64,000 nt of DNA from Bacteroidota bacterium (GCA_023388315.1 JAEWGM010000044.1:46117-110116); one strand, 5' to 3'; positions 9,385 through 18,560 are shown, counted from the first letter of the stretch. Notes: generated from the letters alone by a model not told the origin. Made by a program: numbers and translations.

Positions 9385-9447
9385 ATCTTTTTATTTTTTG
9401 TGAATAGTAATTCGTTGAGTTTGCAACAATCTTTTTTTAATGGACTA

Positions 9448-9455
9448 CAAAGGTA
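9448..9455 (-). promoter_or_regulatory. -7 promoter box (TACCTTTG on minus strand) for pgk
   Basis: CAAAGGTA on the plus strand, about 65 nt upstream of the pgk ATG. Confidence 0.4.
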
Positions 9456-9509
9456 AAAAAAATATGGAAATTTTTCTTTAATTGTGGCCGAAAAAGTTTA
9501 AAAGTTACG

Positions 9510-9926
9510 CTATTTAATTCTCACTTCGTAAGTTACCGGAATGGCCTTTTTCAGCAGCGCCATTACGCCACAATAATTGTCGAACGAGAGTTTGCAGGCC
9601 CGTTCTATTTTTTCTTTGGGCAAGTTTTCCCCTTCAAACTCGTAAATTACTTTCATGGAGGAGTAGGTGATGGGATATTCCGTGGTAAGTTCCGCCTCCA
9701 CGTTCATGGCAAAGTTTTTGATGTTGATGCGCATTTTTTTCAATATCTCCACCACGTCCAACCCTGTGCAGCCGGTTGCCGCCGCTAAGACTAATTTTTT
9801 GGGACGAGGGCCCGCGTCATCGCCGCCGGCTTCTTTTGATAGGTCAATGGTAAGGGTGTGTCCGTCTAATTCCGTGTCGAAAATATTATTTTTTCGCCAC
9901 ACAGTTTTAATAGAATGTGTTGTCAT
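9510..9926 (-). CDS. OsmC family peroxiredoxin-like protein
   Basis: 138 aa. GPRPKKLVLAAATGCTGLDV and the C-terminal FDNYCGV cysteine pair are typical of OsmC/Ohr. Confidence 0.8.
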   Translation of the reverse strand: MTTHSIKTVWRKNNIFDTELDGHTLTIDLSKEAGGDDAGPRPKKLVLAAATGCTGLDVVEILKKMRINIKNFAMNVEAELTTEYPITYSSMKVIYEFEGENLPKEKIERACKLSFDNYCGVMALLKKAIPVTYEVRIK

Positions 9927-10105
9927 TTTTGATAATTTTGATGTTTATTTTATATTCTTCTAAACAAATTACTATTTCTTTAGTTCATTCGTTCTAAAAA
10001 TGTGATTCTGATTTCTCTGTAATACGGATACATGCGTGTAAAATTATTGTCAAAAAGTCAATTATTAATTTACAAATTGTTATTTTTGTGGAAAATAATG
10101 CTGTT

Positions 10106-11146
10106 ATGATCGATAGAAAAACCAGAGTTTTGCTTATTTACACGGGTGGAACCATCGGGATGGTTGAAAACATTCAAACAGGCGCGCTGGAGCCGTTCAA
10201 TTTTAGCCATTTGCGTTCAAATGTACCCGAAATGAAACGATTGAATTTCATTGTGGAAGTATATTTGTTTGATCCTCCCATCGATTCATCGGACATTTCG
10301 CCCGAAAAGTGGCAAAGTATGGCCAAAGTAATTGAAGAACATTACCATTTATACGATGGTTTTGTCATCCTCCACGGAACCGACACCATGTCTTACACCG
10401 CATCGGTAATGAGCCTGATGTTTGAAAACTTGGGCAAGCCCGTTATTTTCACCGGCTCACAATTGCCCATTGGCAAGTTGCGCACGGATGGCAAAGAAAA
10501 CCTCATCACCGCACTTGAAATCGCTGCCGACAAAGACGAGATGGGCAGGCCCACCGTGCCCGAACTGTGCATTTATATGCAAAACTTGTTGATGCGCGGC
10601 AATCGTACCACCAAAGTGAATGCCGATAACTTTAGCGCGTTCAACAGCCCCAATTATCCGCCGCTTGCGGAGGCGGGCGTGGATATCCGGTACGAAAAGC
10701 AGTTCATTCTTCAGCCCGATTACAGCAAACCGGTGAACTTCAATTTTAATTTAGACCATCACGTGGTGATCCTCAAACTTTTTCCGGGCATTACAAAAGA
10801 AGTGGTTGGGGCGGTGCTGGCCATTCCGGAATTAAAAGGCGTTGTGTTGGAAACCTATGGCTCAGGAAACGCGTTGATGGACGATTGGTTTGTGGAGTTG
10901 TTGAAAAACGCCATCGATAGAGGGATTGTTTTTGTGAACGTGTCGCAATGTTTGTACGGAAGCGTGGAAATGCATCGTTACGAAAATGGGCAACACCTCG
11001 AAAGACTCGGCGTGATAAGCGGTTACGACATTACCACCGAAGCCGCGCTGGCAAAACTGATGATTTTGTTCGGCAACGGAAAAACACCGGAAGAGGTGAA
11101 TAAACTGATGCCCGTTGCGCTGAGAGGGGAATTAACCGTTAGATGA
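10106..11146 (+). CDS. ansA: type I (cytoplasmic) L-asparaginase
   Basis: VLLIYTGGTIGM threonine motif and HGTDTM motif. ATG 10106 is preferred because the GTG at 10088 lies inside a TATTTTTG -7 box (10081-10088). Confidence 0.85.
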   Translation: MIDRKTRVLLIYTGGTIGMVENIQTGALEPFNFSHLRSNVPEMKRLNFIVEVYLFDPPIDSSDISPEKWQSMAKVIEEHYHLYDGFVILHGTDTMSYTASVMSLMFENLGKPVIFTGSQLPIGKLRTDGKENLITALEIAADKDEMGRPTVPELCIYMQNLLMRGNRTTKVNADNFSAFNSPNYPPLAEAGVDIRYEKQFILQPDYSKPVNFNFNLDHHVVILKLFPGITKEVVGAVLAIPELKGVVLETYGSGNALMDDWFVELLKNAIDRGIVFVNVSQCLYGSVEMHRYENGQHLERLGVISGYDITTEAALAKLMILFGNGKTPEEVNKLMPVALRGELTVR

Positions 11147-11230
11147 AGTAAATTTCTTCAAAACTACAGAGGATATCCAAACGTAGCGACGCATTGAATT
11201 GGTCTCAATCCTGAAAGGCATCTTACACTT

Positions 11231-11388
11231 TTATTAAGAGGTTGTCTCAAAAGTAAAATCTACTATCAAATTGTCATACTGAATGGAGCTTTAGCGTAAT
11301 GAAGTATCTATAATTTATGACAAAATAGATTTTTCACTACGTTCAAAATGACAAAATGAAAGGACGTCACTGCTTTTGAGACAGCCCC
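11231..11388 (+). mobile_element. MITE-like element, copy 1 (TIR TGTCTCAAAAG / CTTTTGAGACA)
   Basis: Alignable over its length with the reverse complement of 43998..44160 and partly with 33133..33258. No coding capacity. Confidence 0.75.
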
Positions 11389-11493
11389 GGTTAAAATGCG
11401 CATTTACTCTGGCTTTAGCCATGAAAAACTTTTCCGGAGGTGGCGGCACGACCGAAATATCCTTGAATCTTATCTTATGCACAGGGTGCCCAC

Positions 11494-12405
11494 TCACGCC
11501 TTTTCCCAAATGCGGTAACGCAATTCCAATTTTGCGGGAATAAAAAACACGATGGGCTCATCCGGGTTATACGGAAAGGTATAAGGCGTTCGGTCGTGTA
11601 TGAACTTCTCGGTGAGTGTGTTGTCGGGGCAGGCCATGCGTGTGGAGAAAACCTCGCCATCGGAATCATAGATGTAATATTCATACGGAAACTCAATGGT
11701 TCCTGCTCTGCCAAAACCGTTTGTCTTTATCCAATGGTGGTTGCAATCTACCTTTTTGGTTATCCCGGGAATGAGTTGGATGAGCGCGTCGGCCGAAATT
11801 CCCGAAAGTTGCAAGGCATATCCGTGCACATCGCCCATTCGTTTGAGATGATCCGCCGGGAAGGCGCGCATAATAGCCTCGCCCTCGTTTTTGTTTACGG
11901 AAACCATGTCGGAAACGCGCCACACTTCCGTTTGCAGTTCTATATTTTGCGGAAGATATACCACCAAAGGCTGTGAGCTGTTGTAATCCGTTAAAACGGA
12001 TTGCCCGGCTACAAAGCGCACAATCATCGTGTCATCGGGGCATCCCATTTGGGTTTGAAACACATTCCCATCCGACCTGAACACACGAAAAACGGTGTTT
12101 GTTTCATCATCCACGTGTTCTTCAAACTCTCCTTGCAAACCGTAACTGTTGCAATCGTCGGTCAGCATGGTAACACCGGGAATTAGTTTCACTTTCAGTG
12201 ACTCTTCGTTTTCGCGCCGCGGCAGTTTGACTACACGTTTGCGGTATTCATCAAATTTCGCGTGCTCTGTACTATCTGTCGATACAACAATGCTATCTGT
12301 TTGATTTTCATCAATAGGTGCGGGATTTTCGCTTTGTTTTTGGGTGCAGCCAGCAAACGCGATTGCCCAAACAAGTAGAAACAAGCGGTGATACATTTTA
12401 TTCAT
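11494..12405 (-). CDS. tandem-duplicated ecotin-family serine protease inhibitor, lipoprotein
   Basis: Lipobox LVWAIAFAGC after Met18 of the track ORF. Two ecotin-like repeats, each with the VDCN / MxCPD cysteine pair (TDDCNSY..TQMGCPDD and KVDCNHH..STRMACPDN) and a PLVVYLP / PIVFFIP..YRIW tail, as in E. coli ecotin. Confidence 0.75.
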   Translation of the reverse strand: MNKMYHRLFLLVWAIAFAGCTQKQSENPAPIDENQTDSIVVSTDSTEHAKFDEYRKRVVKLPRRENEESLKVKLIPGVTMLTDDCNSYGLQGEFEEHVDDETNTVFRVFRSDGNVFQTQMGCPDDTMIVRFVAGQSVLTDYNSSQPLVVYLPQNIELQTEVWRVSDMVSVNKNEGEAIMRAFPADHLKRMGDVHGYALQLSGISADALIQLIPGITKKVDCNHHWIKTNGFGRAGTIEFPYEYYIYDSDGEVFSTRMACPDNTLTEKFIHDRTPYTFPYNPDEPIVFFIPAKLELRYRIWEKA

Positions 12406-12507
12406 AACGGATTTTTTAGTGAACGAGTTGAAATTTATAACGCCGATGAGGCGCACAATGTTTTGTTAACACTTCTCAATTCGTTTTTCATATTCTGTAA
12501 GATGCCG

Positions 12508-12515
12508 TATCTTTG
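12508..12515 (+). promoter_or_regulatory. -7 promoter box (TATCTTTG) for the GH15 gene
   Basis: Lies 28 nt upstream of ATG 12543 and overlaps the alternative TTG at 12513, arguing against that start. Confidence 0.45.
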
Positions 12516-12542
12516 TCCGGATTCACTATCAATAAAGCACGA

Positions 12543-14336
12543 ATGAAAAATTTAGATTACGGAGTAATAGGAAATTGCCGCACGGCGGCGTTAATCTCGA
12601 AAGAGGGGAGCATAGATTGGTTGTGCTTGCCCGATTTTGATTCACCATCGGTATTTACCAAGTTGCTGGACGAGGAAAAAGGAGGAAGTTTCGCTTTTGT
12701 GGTTTCCGATGAATACACCATCACCCAAAGTTATTTGGGAAATACCAACATTCTTGCCACCAAATATGTGTCTGACGATGCCGCTTTTGTGGTGTACGAT
12801 TATATGCCCCGTTATCGCACCATTGAGCAAAAACATTACCTCCCGCCCGAAATTCATCGCTATTTACGCATAATAAAAGGCGAGCCTAAACTGCGCGTTA
12901 TTTACAACCCGAAAATGGATTACGCGCGCGAAGAAACGGTGCATACGGTTTTCCCGAACTACATTAAATCGTCTGCGGCCAACGATATCGAAGACAAAAT
13001 ATATCTCTACACCAGCGTTGATTTCCATACCGTTTTAAGCGGTGAAGAATTTACGCTCACCGACCATCAGTTCTTCCTTCTTTCCTATAACCAAAAGTTG
13101 GTGGCGGTGGATCAAAACAGGATTTTGTTGGATTACGAGCGCACCAAAGTATATTGGCTCAACTGGATTAATCGTTCGCGCGAGTTTAAGCAATACGAAA
13201 GTATGATCAACCGCAGTTTGTTGGTGTTGAAGCTGATGTCTTACCAGCACTCCGGCGCCATGCTGGCCGCGGTAACCACCAGTTTGCCCGAAAGCATCGG
13301 CGAAACGCGCAATTGGGATTATCGGTTTTGCTGGCTGCGCGACGCTTCCATGTCCATAGACACGCTGTTGTTTATGAAACATCGGGGCGCCGCCGAGCGG
13401 TTTATCGCTTTTGTGAAGCGCATCCTGAAATCGCGCGACGATGTGTTTCAAATCATGTACGGCATCCGTGGCGAGCGCGAACTCACGGAAGAAACGCTTC
13501 CGCATCTTTCGGGATACGAAAACTCGGCGCCCGTGCGCATCGGAAACGCGGCTTACAACCAATTGCAAAACGATTCGCTTGGCTATTTGCTCGATGTCAT
13601 CTATAAATATTACCTCTATTTCCCCGGAACGCTTGACGAGGTGGAGGAGATTTGGGAAGTGGTGAAAAACATGGTGCGAATGGTCATTAAATCGTGGCGC
13701 TCGCCCGACCAAAGCATTTGGGAATTCCGCACGCGCGAGCTCAACTTTGTGTTCTCAAAAGTGATGAGCTGGGTGGCGCTGGACCGCGCTTCCATGATTG
13801 CCGAGCTGCTGCACAAAGACAATTACGCCGCCATTTGGCGAGAAGAGGCCGACCACATTAAACAAGAAGTGCACCTGAAAGGATGGAACGAAGAAATGCA
13901 GTGTTTCACGCAGGCGTATGAAAATACCGACCACGATTCGTCGCTACTGTTGATGCAGGTGTACGGGTTTATTGAAGCGAGCGATGAGCGTTACATAAAA
14001 ACCGTGCACGCCATTAAAGAAAACCTGTTTCACCAAGGGTTAATGTACCGTTACAAAGCCGAAGACGATTTTGGCAAACCCACCTCATCGTTCACCATTT
14101 GCACGTTTTGGCTCATTGAAGCCCTTTTTGTGATTGGCGAAACCGAAGAGGCGCGCCAGATTTTTGAATCCATGATTTCCTATTCCAACCACGTGGGGTT
14201 GTATAGCGAAGATTTGGATTTTGAAACCAAGCGCCAGCTGGGCAACTTCCCGCAGGCCTATTCGCACTTGGCATTTATCAATACCGCCACGCTGTTTTCG
14301 GAAGAAAAAGAGTTGTCGAAATTTATTCGGCCGTAA
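12543..14336 (+). CDS. glycoside hydrolase family 15 protein (glucoamylase-fold; candidate trehalase)
   Basis: LDYGVIGNCRTAALI N-terminus, TTSLPE..GE.RNWDYRFCWLRD catalytic-region motif, and FPQAYSHLAFI near the C-terminus are typical of bacterial/archaeal GH15. Confidence 0.85.
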   Translation: MKNLDYGVIGNCRTAALISKEGSIDWLCLPDFDSPSVFTKLLDEEKGGSFAFVVSDEYTITQSYLGNTNILATKYVSDDAAFVVYDYMPRYRTIEQKHYLPPEIHRYLRIIKGEPKLRVIYNPKMDYAREETVHTVFPNYIKSSAANDIEDKIYLYTSVDFHTVLSGEEFTLTDHQFFLLSYNQKLVAVDQNRILLDYERTKVYWLNWINRSREFKQYESMINRSLLVLKLMSYQHSGAMLAAVTTSLPESIGETRNWDYRFCWLRDASMSIDTLLFMKHRGAAERFIAFVKRILKSRDDVFQIMYGIRGERELTEETLPHLSGYENSAPVRIGNAAYNQLQNDSLGYLLDVIYKYYLYFPGTLDEVEEIWEVVKNMVRMVIKSWRSPDQSIWEFRTRELNFVFSKVMSWVALDRASMIAELLHKDNYAAIWREEADHIKQEVHLKGWNEEMQCFTQAYENTDHDSSLLLMQVYGFIEASDERYIKTVHAIKENLFHQGLMYRYKAEDDFGKPTSSFTICTFWLIEALFVIGETEEARQIFESMISYSNHVGLYSEDLDFETKRQLGNFPQAYSHLAFINTATLFSEEKELSKFIRP

Positions 14337-14454
14337 AGATTGGGTGATGTGAACTTCGGTTTGCTTTCAAAACTTCCGTTATTCGTTTTTTATGGCTAAT
14401 TAAGGCAGATGGATGGCTCTTGTCGTTTGGAAGAGAATCTTGGTGGTGGGTAAG

Positions 14455-14546
14455 TCCCGCCACTTCGGGCGGAGATTGGGACGTAGTTTTTAACCTTAGG
14501 CGAAAGAATCGCCTAAAGGTTATGAAAATCTCGCCCATTCGGGCGA
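14455..14546 (+). repeat. series of short stable hairpins in a 475-bp non-coding gap
   Basis: CCCGCCACTTCGGGCGG, TTAGGCGAAAGAATCGCCTAA and TCGCCCATTCGGGCGA. Confidence 0.6.
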
Positions 14547-14812
14547 TAAGGACAATGCTTCAATAAAAACCGAATCAATAGCAATTTTGTTTAATATGCT
14601 TCCGTTCAGAAGAGTTCAATATCAATTGATAAGTGGATAAAATTGGCTGTGATAACTGGCTCTAGCACAAAGCCTATAAGTTGAATATCAGCTAAAACCT
14701 ATTTCGATACACTTTTCTTAACTCTCTTTTGCTTGGGCACAAGTTGCAAACTTGCGCCAGTGGGGGGGTGCCGTTAAACTTTGTCAAAGTTCAGAACTTT
14801 GTCAAGTTTTTT

Positions 14813-15895
14813 TCAAAGCGATTTGGAAATCGCTTCACCTAGCGTGGTGGGGATTTTCGCGAATGAACCGGGATAATGCTCGTTGATGAAATCGATGAGT
14901 TTTTCGCGCACATCAACCCGCAAATCCCAATTGCGCGACGAATCGGAACTGCTGACCAGCACCCGGATTTCTTTGTACCACTGTTTGCTGTCGGTCACCT
15001 GAATATTTTGCACGCGTTTGTCCCAATTCTCGTTTGCCGAAACCACTTCGGCAAGTTTATCGCGTAGCGGCTGCAGCGGTAAATCGTACGAAACATATAA
15101 ATAAACGGTTCCAAGGATATTGGAGCTGGTGCGCGTCCAGTTCTGCACGGGATTGTTGAGGAAATAATCGATGGGCACAATCAGCCGGCGCTCATCCCAA
15201 ATTTTTACCACCGCGTACGTGATATTTATTTCTTCAATACGCCCCCATTCGCCTTCAATCACCACCACGTCGTCCAAGCGAATGGGTTGTGTGATGGCAA
15301 TTTGTACGCCCGAAAGAATTTGGCCCACGCTTCGTTGTGCCGCCAAACCAACCACAATACCCACCACACCGGCCGATGCCAAAAGGCTTACGCCCAATCC
15401 TCTGACTGCCTCGAAAGTCATCAACGCGATGGAGATAAAAATAACGACCATGGTTACAATGAGCACTTTCTCAATCATACTGAGTTGCGTGAGCCGTTTT
15501 CTGGCCACAAGGTTGTCGGATTGCGTAACATCGAGTTTGTTCTGGAAGTATCGAAACAGCGCGCGAATGGCTTGAATAACCAACCACCCGATGGAAAGTA
15601 TCAGCAATATTTGCCCGATCTTTTGCATCACATTGTAAATGCGGGTGTTTTCGTCGAGCAACGAGCTGAAAATATTGAGTAAAATAACGAAGATAAGCCA
15701 AAGGGCGGGTACCCGAAAAAGGCGTACAATAAAATCGTCAATCAAGCTTTTGCTTTTTGTCGCTCGGGCGCTTAATTTTTTGAAAATAAAGTTAGAAATT
15801 GCCGCCAGCACAAAGAAGAGCGCGACAAAAATAAGACAAATAATGAGGTAGCGCAACGAGTTGTTTTCGTGCGCGATTTCTGTAATCCAATCCAT
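14813..15895 (-). CDS. mechanosensitive ion channel family protein (MscS-like)
   Basis: Multi-TM N-terminal half, then the conserved MscS beta-domain pattern (ILSGVQIAITQPIRLDDVVVIEGEWGRIEEI). Start set at Met23 (MDWITEI..); the upstream extension runs into a repeat. Confidence 0.85.
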   Translation of the reverse strand: MDWITEIAHENNSLRYLIICLIFVALFFVLAAISNFIFKKLSARATKSKSLIDDFIVRLFRVPALWLIFVILLNIFSSLLDENTRIYNVMQKIGQILLILSIGWLVIQAIRALFRYFQNKLDVTQSDNLVARKRLTQLSMIEKVLIVTMVVIFISIALMTFEAVRGLGVSLLASAGVVGIVVGLAAQRSVGQILSGVQIAITQPIRLDDVVVIEGEWGRIEEINITYAVVKIWDERRLIVPIDYFLNNPVQNWTRTSSNILGTVYLYVSYDLPLQPLRDKLAEVVSANENWDKRVQNIQVTDSKQWYKEIRVLVSSSDSSRNWDLRVDVREKLIDFINEHYPGSFAKIPTTLGEAISKSL

Positions 15896-15942
15896 AATGT
15901 ATTTATGTTTTAAATGATTAAAATGCAAAGTGTTAGGGTTTT

Positions 15943-16068
15943 TATTAACTCCGTCTTTCAAGACGGAGATTGAGAATACGCTCCTTCACTCGGACTTTAG
16001 TCCTCAGAAATCATGGCTAAAGCCTTTTGGGGGATTTATTTTGAATCTCCGCTTTAAAAAGCGGAGTT
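15943..16068 (+). repeat. ~100-bp hairpin repeat, family 2, copy 1 (plus an extra CTCCGC..GCGGAG hairpin)
   Basis: TATTAACTCCGTCTTTCAAGACGGAG..CGGACTTTAGTCC..CATGGCTAAAGCC aligns with 43898..43993 in direct orientation. Confidence 0.8.
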
Positions 16069-16091
16069 AAGACACTTTGCGTTTAATCAAT

Positions 16092-18260
16092 TTACTTTAT
16101 CAATTTTTGAAAAAACGGAATGACCGCCGATTGCAACGGAATCCGATACTTGGCCGCAGGCGAAAAGTTCCCTACTTTAATGCTGATTCCATCGGGTGGG
16201 AGGGCGTAGAACATATCTTCATCGGTGGTGTCGTCGCCAATGGCCAGCACAAAATCATACTTGTTTTTCTCCAACAAGCGTTTCACCTCGCTGCCTTTGT
16301 TGTATTCGGGCGATTTTATTTCCACAATTTTGTTGCCCGGCACAATTTGCAGGTTCAACCGTGAGGTGGGCCCCATAAGCGCGTTAATGAGCTGTTTTTG
16401 ACGCAATTCGGCCAGCCATACGTCCACATTTCGGTAATGCCACACCAGCGAGGCGTCTTTTTGCTCCAAATGTGAGCGAGGCGTTTTCTCAATGGTGTGC
16501 TCAATGATGTTGAGAATTTCATCGTCCCACTCCATCTTCTCCACTAAATTTTCGTGCCACTTGCCGTTTTCTTTGTAAAACGCGCCGTGTTCGGCGGCAA
16601 AATCCAGATTGAGCCCGCGGAACCACTTGTCCAAAATCTGGTGGTTGCGCCCACTGTTGATCACTACTTTGTTTTTGCTGTCGGAAGTCATTTCGTGCAG
16701 CAACTGCAGCAACTCTTCCGATGGCACGGCGTCTTCGGGGTTTTTAACGAAAGGCGACAAAGTGCCGTCGTAATCGAGGAGTATTAACCGGCTCGAGGCC
16801 TGTTCGTATGATTTCTTTATTTGCGAAAGCTGCCTTTTGCCCACCACTTTTTGAAGAATCTCTTTGTTCTGTTCGCGAATGTTCAGAAGCTCTTGCACAA
16901 AATCGTTCGCCCATTTTTTTACGGTTTGCGTGGAGATGCGTTTTTGCATTCTGTTCAATCGTTCGCGCTTTTCTTTGTCCGGCATAGTGAGCGCCTGCAC
17001 CAGTGCATCTTCAATTTCCTGTGTGTCGTTGGGGTTGATGATGATGGAGTCCGAAAGTTCAATGGCGGCTCCTGCCATTTCGCTTAATATTAAAATTCCG
17101 GGCCTGTCGCGTTTGGTGGCGAGGTATTCTTTGGCTACGAGGTTCATCCCGTCGCGCACAGGCGTAACAAGAGCAATATCTGCGATATCGTATAGCGCGA
17201 TTAAATCTTCAAACGCGAAACTTTGGTAGAAATAGTGAATCGGAGTCCACCCCAACGTGGAGTACAATCCGTTAATTTGCCCGATGGATTGGTCTATTTC
17301 GGTCTTTAAGTCGGCATATCGTCCAACCGCGTCGCGCGAAGGAACCACAATCATCGCCAGCGATACTTTTTCGTGGTATTCCGGGTGGTTCTCCAAGAAT
17401 CGAGAAAAGCCTTGCAGGCGGTGTAAAATACCTTTGCTGTAATCTAAGCGGTCCACCGAAAGAATGATGTCTTGGGTGCCGAGCCCTTCTCTTAAGATTT
17501 CCGATTTTTTCTTTACTTCGGGCAGCAACGGCGCGTCGTGGTATTGCTCGTAATTAATTCCCATCGGGAAAGCGTCCACATGCACGATGCGGTCTTTTAG
17601 GCTGATTTCATCGAGGTTGCAATTTAAATCCAGCACACGGTAAATAGCACTGATAAAGTGGCGCATATAATCGTGCGTGTGAAACCCGATGAGGTCGGCA
17701 CCCAAAAGCCCTTCCAATACTTCTTCCCGCTCGGGGAGCACGCGGAAAAGTTCGTACGAGGGAAACGGAATGTGGTGGAAATAACCGATGTTGACATCGT
17801 TCTTTTGGTCGCGAATCAACTTGGGCAGCAGCATCAATTGATAGTCTTGCACCCAAATAACATCGTTGGCTTCAATAAAAGGAATGGTTTCTCGGCAAAA
17901 CAAGTTGTTTACTTCTTTATACGTTTCCCAATATTCGGTTCTGTATTGAATAAACGAGAAAAAATAGTGGCACAGCGGCCAAATGGTGCTGTTGCTGTAT
18001 CCTTCGTAATAGTTTTCTATTTGCTCAACCGACAAGAATACCGGATGATAATTTAATTCGTGTAGTTTTTCGGTGATTTCCCGTTTCTCGTCTTCGTCAT
18101 CCACATGGATTCCGGGCCATCCCACCCAATATTTCTCCGCTTTGGTTTCCAGCGAGCCCAAGCCGGTGGCTAAGCCGCCTTCGCTTCGTTTCACACTGAA
18201 TGAATTTCCTTCTCTTTCAATTTTGACCGGAAGCCGGTTCGCGATAATAATTATTTTCAT
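16092..18260 (-). CDS. otsA: bifunctional trehalose-6-phosphate synthase / trehalose-6-phosphate phosphatase (OtsA-OtsB fusion)
   Basis: 722 aa. The N-terminal GT20 domain begins IIIANRLPV. The C-terminal HAD phosphatase has LILLDYDGTL and GDDTTDEDMF motifs. Confidence 0.9.
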   Translation of the reverse strand: MKIIIIANRLPVKIEREGNSFSVKRSEGGLATGLGSLETKAEKYWVGWPGIHVDDEDEKREITEKLHELNYHPVFLSVEQIENYYEGYSNSTIWPLCHYFFSFIQYRTEYWETYKEVNNLFCRETIPFIEANDVIWVQDYQLMLLPKLIRDQKNDVNIGYFHHIPFPSYELFRVLPEREEVLEGLLGADLIGFHTHDYMRHFISAIYRVLDLNCNLDEISLKDRIVHVDAFPMGINYEQYHDAPLLPEVKKKSEILREGLGTQDIILSVDRLDYSKGILHRLQGFSRFLENHPEYHEKVSLAMIVVPSRDAVGRYADLKTEIDQSIGQINGLYSTLGWTPIHYFYQSFAFEDLIALYDIADIALVTPVRDGMNLVAKEYLATKRDRPGILILSEMAGAAIELSDSIIINPNDTQEIEDALVQALTMPDKEKRERLNRMQKRISTQTVKKWANDFVQELLNIREQNKEILQKVVGKRQLSQIKKSYEQASSRLILLDYDGTLSPFVKNPEDAVPSEELLQLLHEMTSDSKNKVVINSGRNHQILDKWFRGLNLDFAAEHGAFYKENGKWHENLVEKMEWDDEILNIIEHTIEKTPRSHLEQKDASLVWHYRNVDVWLAELRQKQLINALMGPTSRLNLQIVPGNKIVEIKSPEYNKGSEVKRLLEKNKYDFVLAIGDDTTDEDMFYALPPDGISIKVGNFSPAAKYRIPLQSAVIPFFQKLIK

Positions 18261-18408
18261 TTCTGTAGCTGTGTTGTTTGAAAATATAACGCTGAGAACA
18301 AGTTAATGATTAAAGTTTAACATAGTTTTGCACTTTGGGGCGGGGCAATCTTCTTTCCTCATAAGAAAATAAAGCGTTCAATCTCTTGTTCTTTGCATAA
18401 TAAATTAG

Positions 18409-18416
18409 TAATTTTG
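18409..18416 (+). promoter_or_regulatory. candidate -7 promoter box (TAATTTTG) for nifJ
   Basis: About 145 nt upstream of ATG 18561. A second candidate, TAGTTTTG, sits at 18323-18330. Confidence 0.3.
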
Positions 18417-18560
18417 CAGTCCAAATTCAGGGTTATTGTTTGTTGAGTAAAATAGCGGACACGTGTGGGGCACATCTTGCAAATTATCCCCTCGTCAAAA
18501 TAACGCTGAATAACCACCTAGAACTATCAACTATTTATTTAATAACTATCATAGCAAATT

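Noticed and set aside
10088-10105. Upstream alternative starts in the ORF track (10088 GTG ansA; 12513 TTG GH15; 15961 mscS; 29475 TBDR; 37482 gldK; 4353 yebC; 57064 DUF4298; 12456 ecotin; 1820 DUF1573)
   Set aside because: In each case the extension overlaps a -7 promoter box, a repeat or the neighbouring gene, and an internal Met gives a canonical N-terminus, signal peptide or lipobox.
14777-14812. Hairpin plus T-run as the mscS terminator
   Set aside because: The T-run is on the plus strand while mscS is on the minus strand. The stem is only a 7-bp AT-rich pairing between two direct repeats. It is kept only as an observation.
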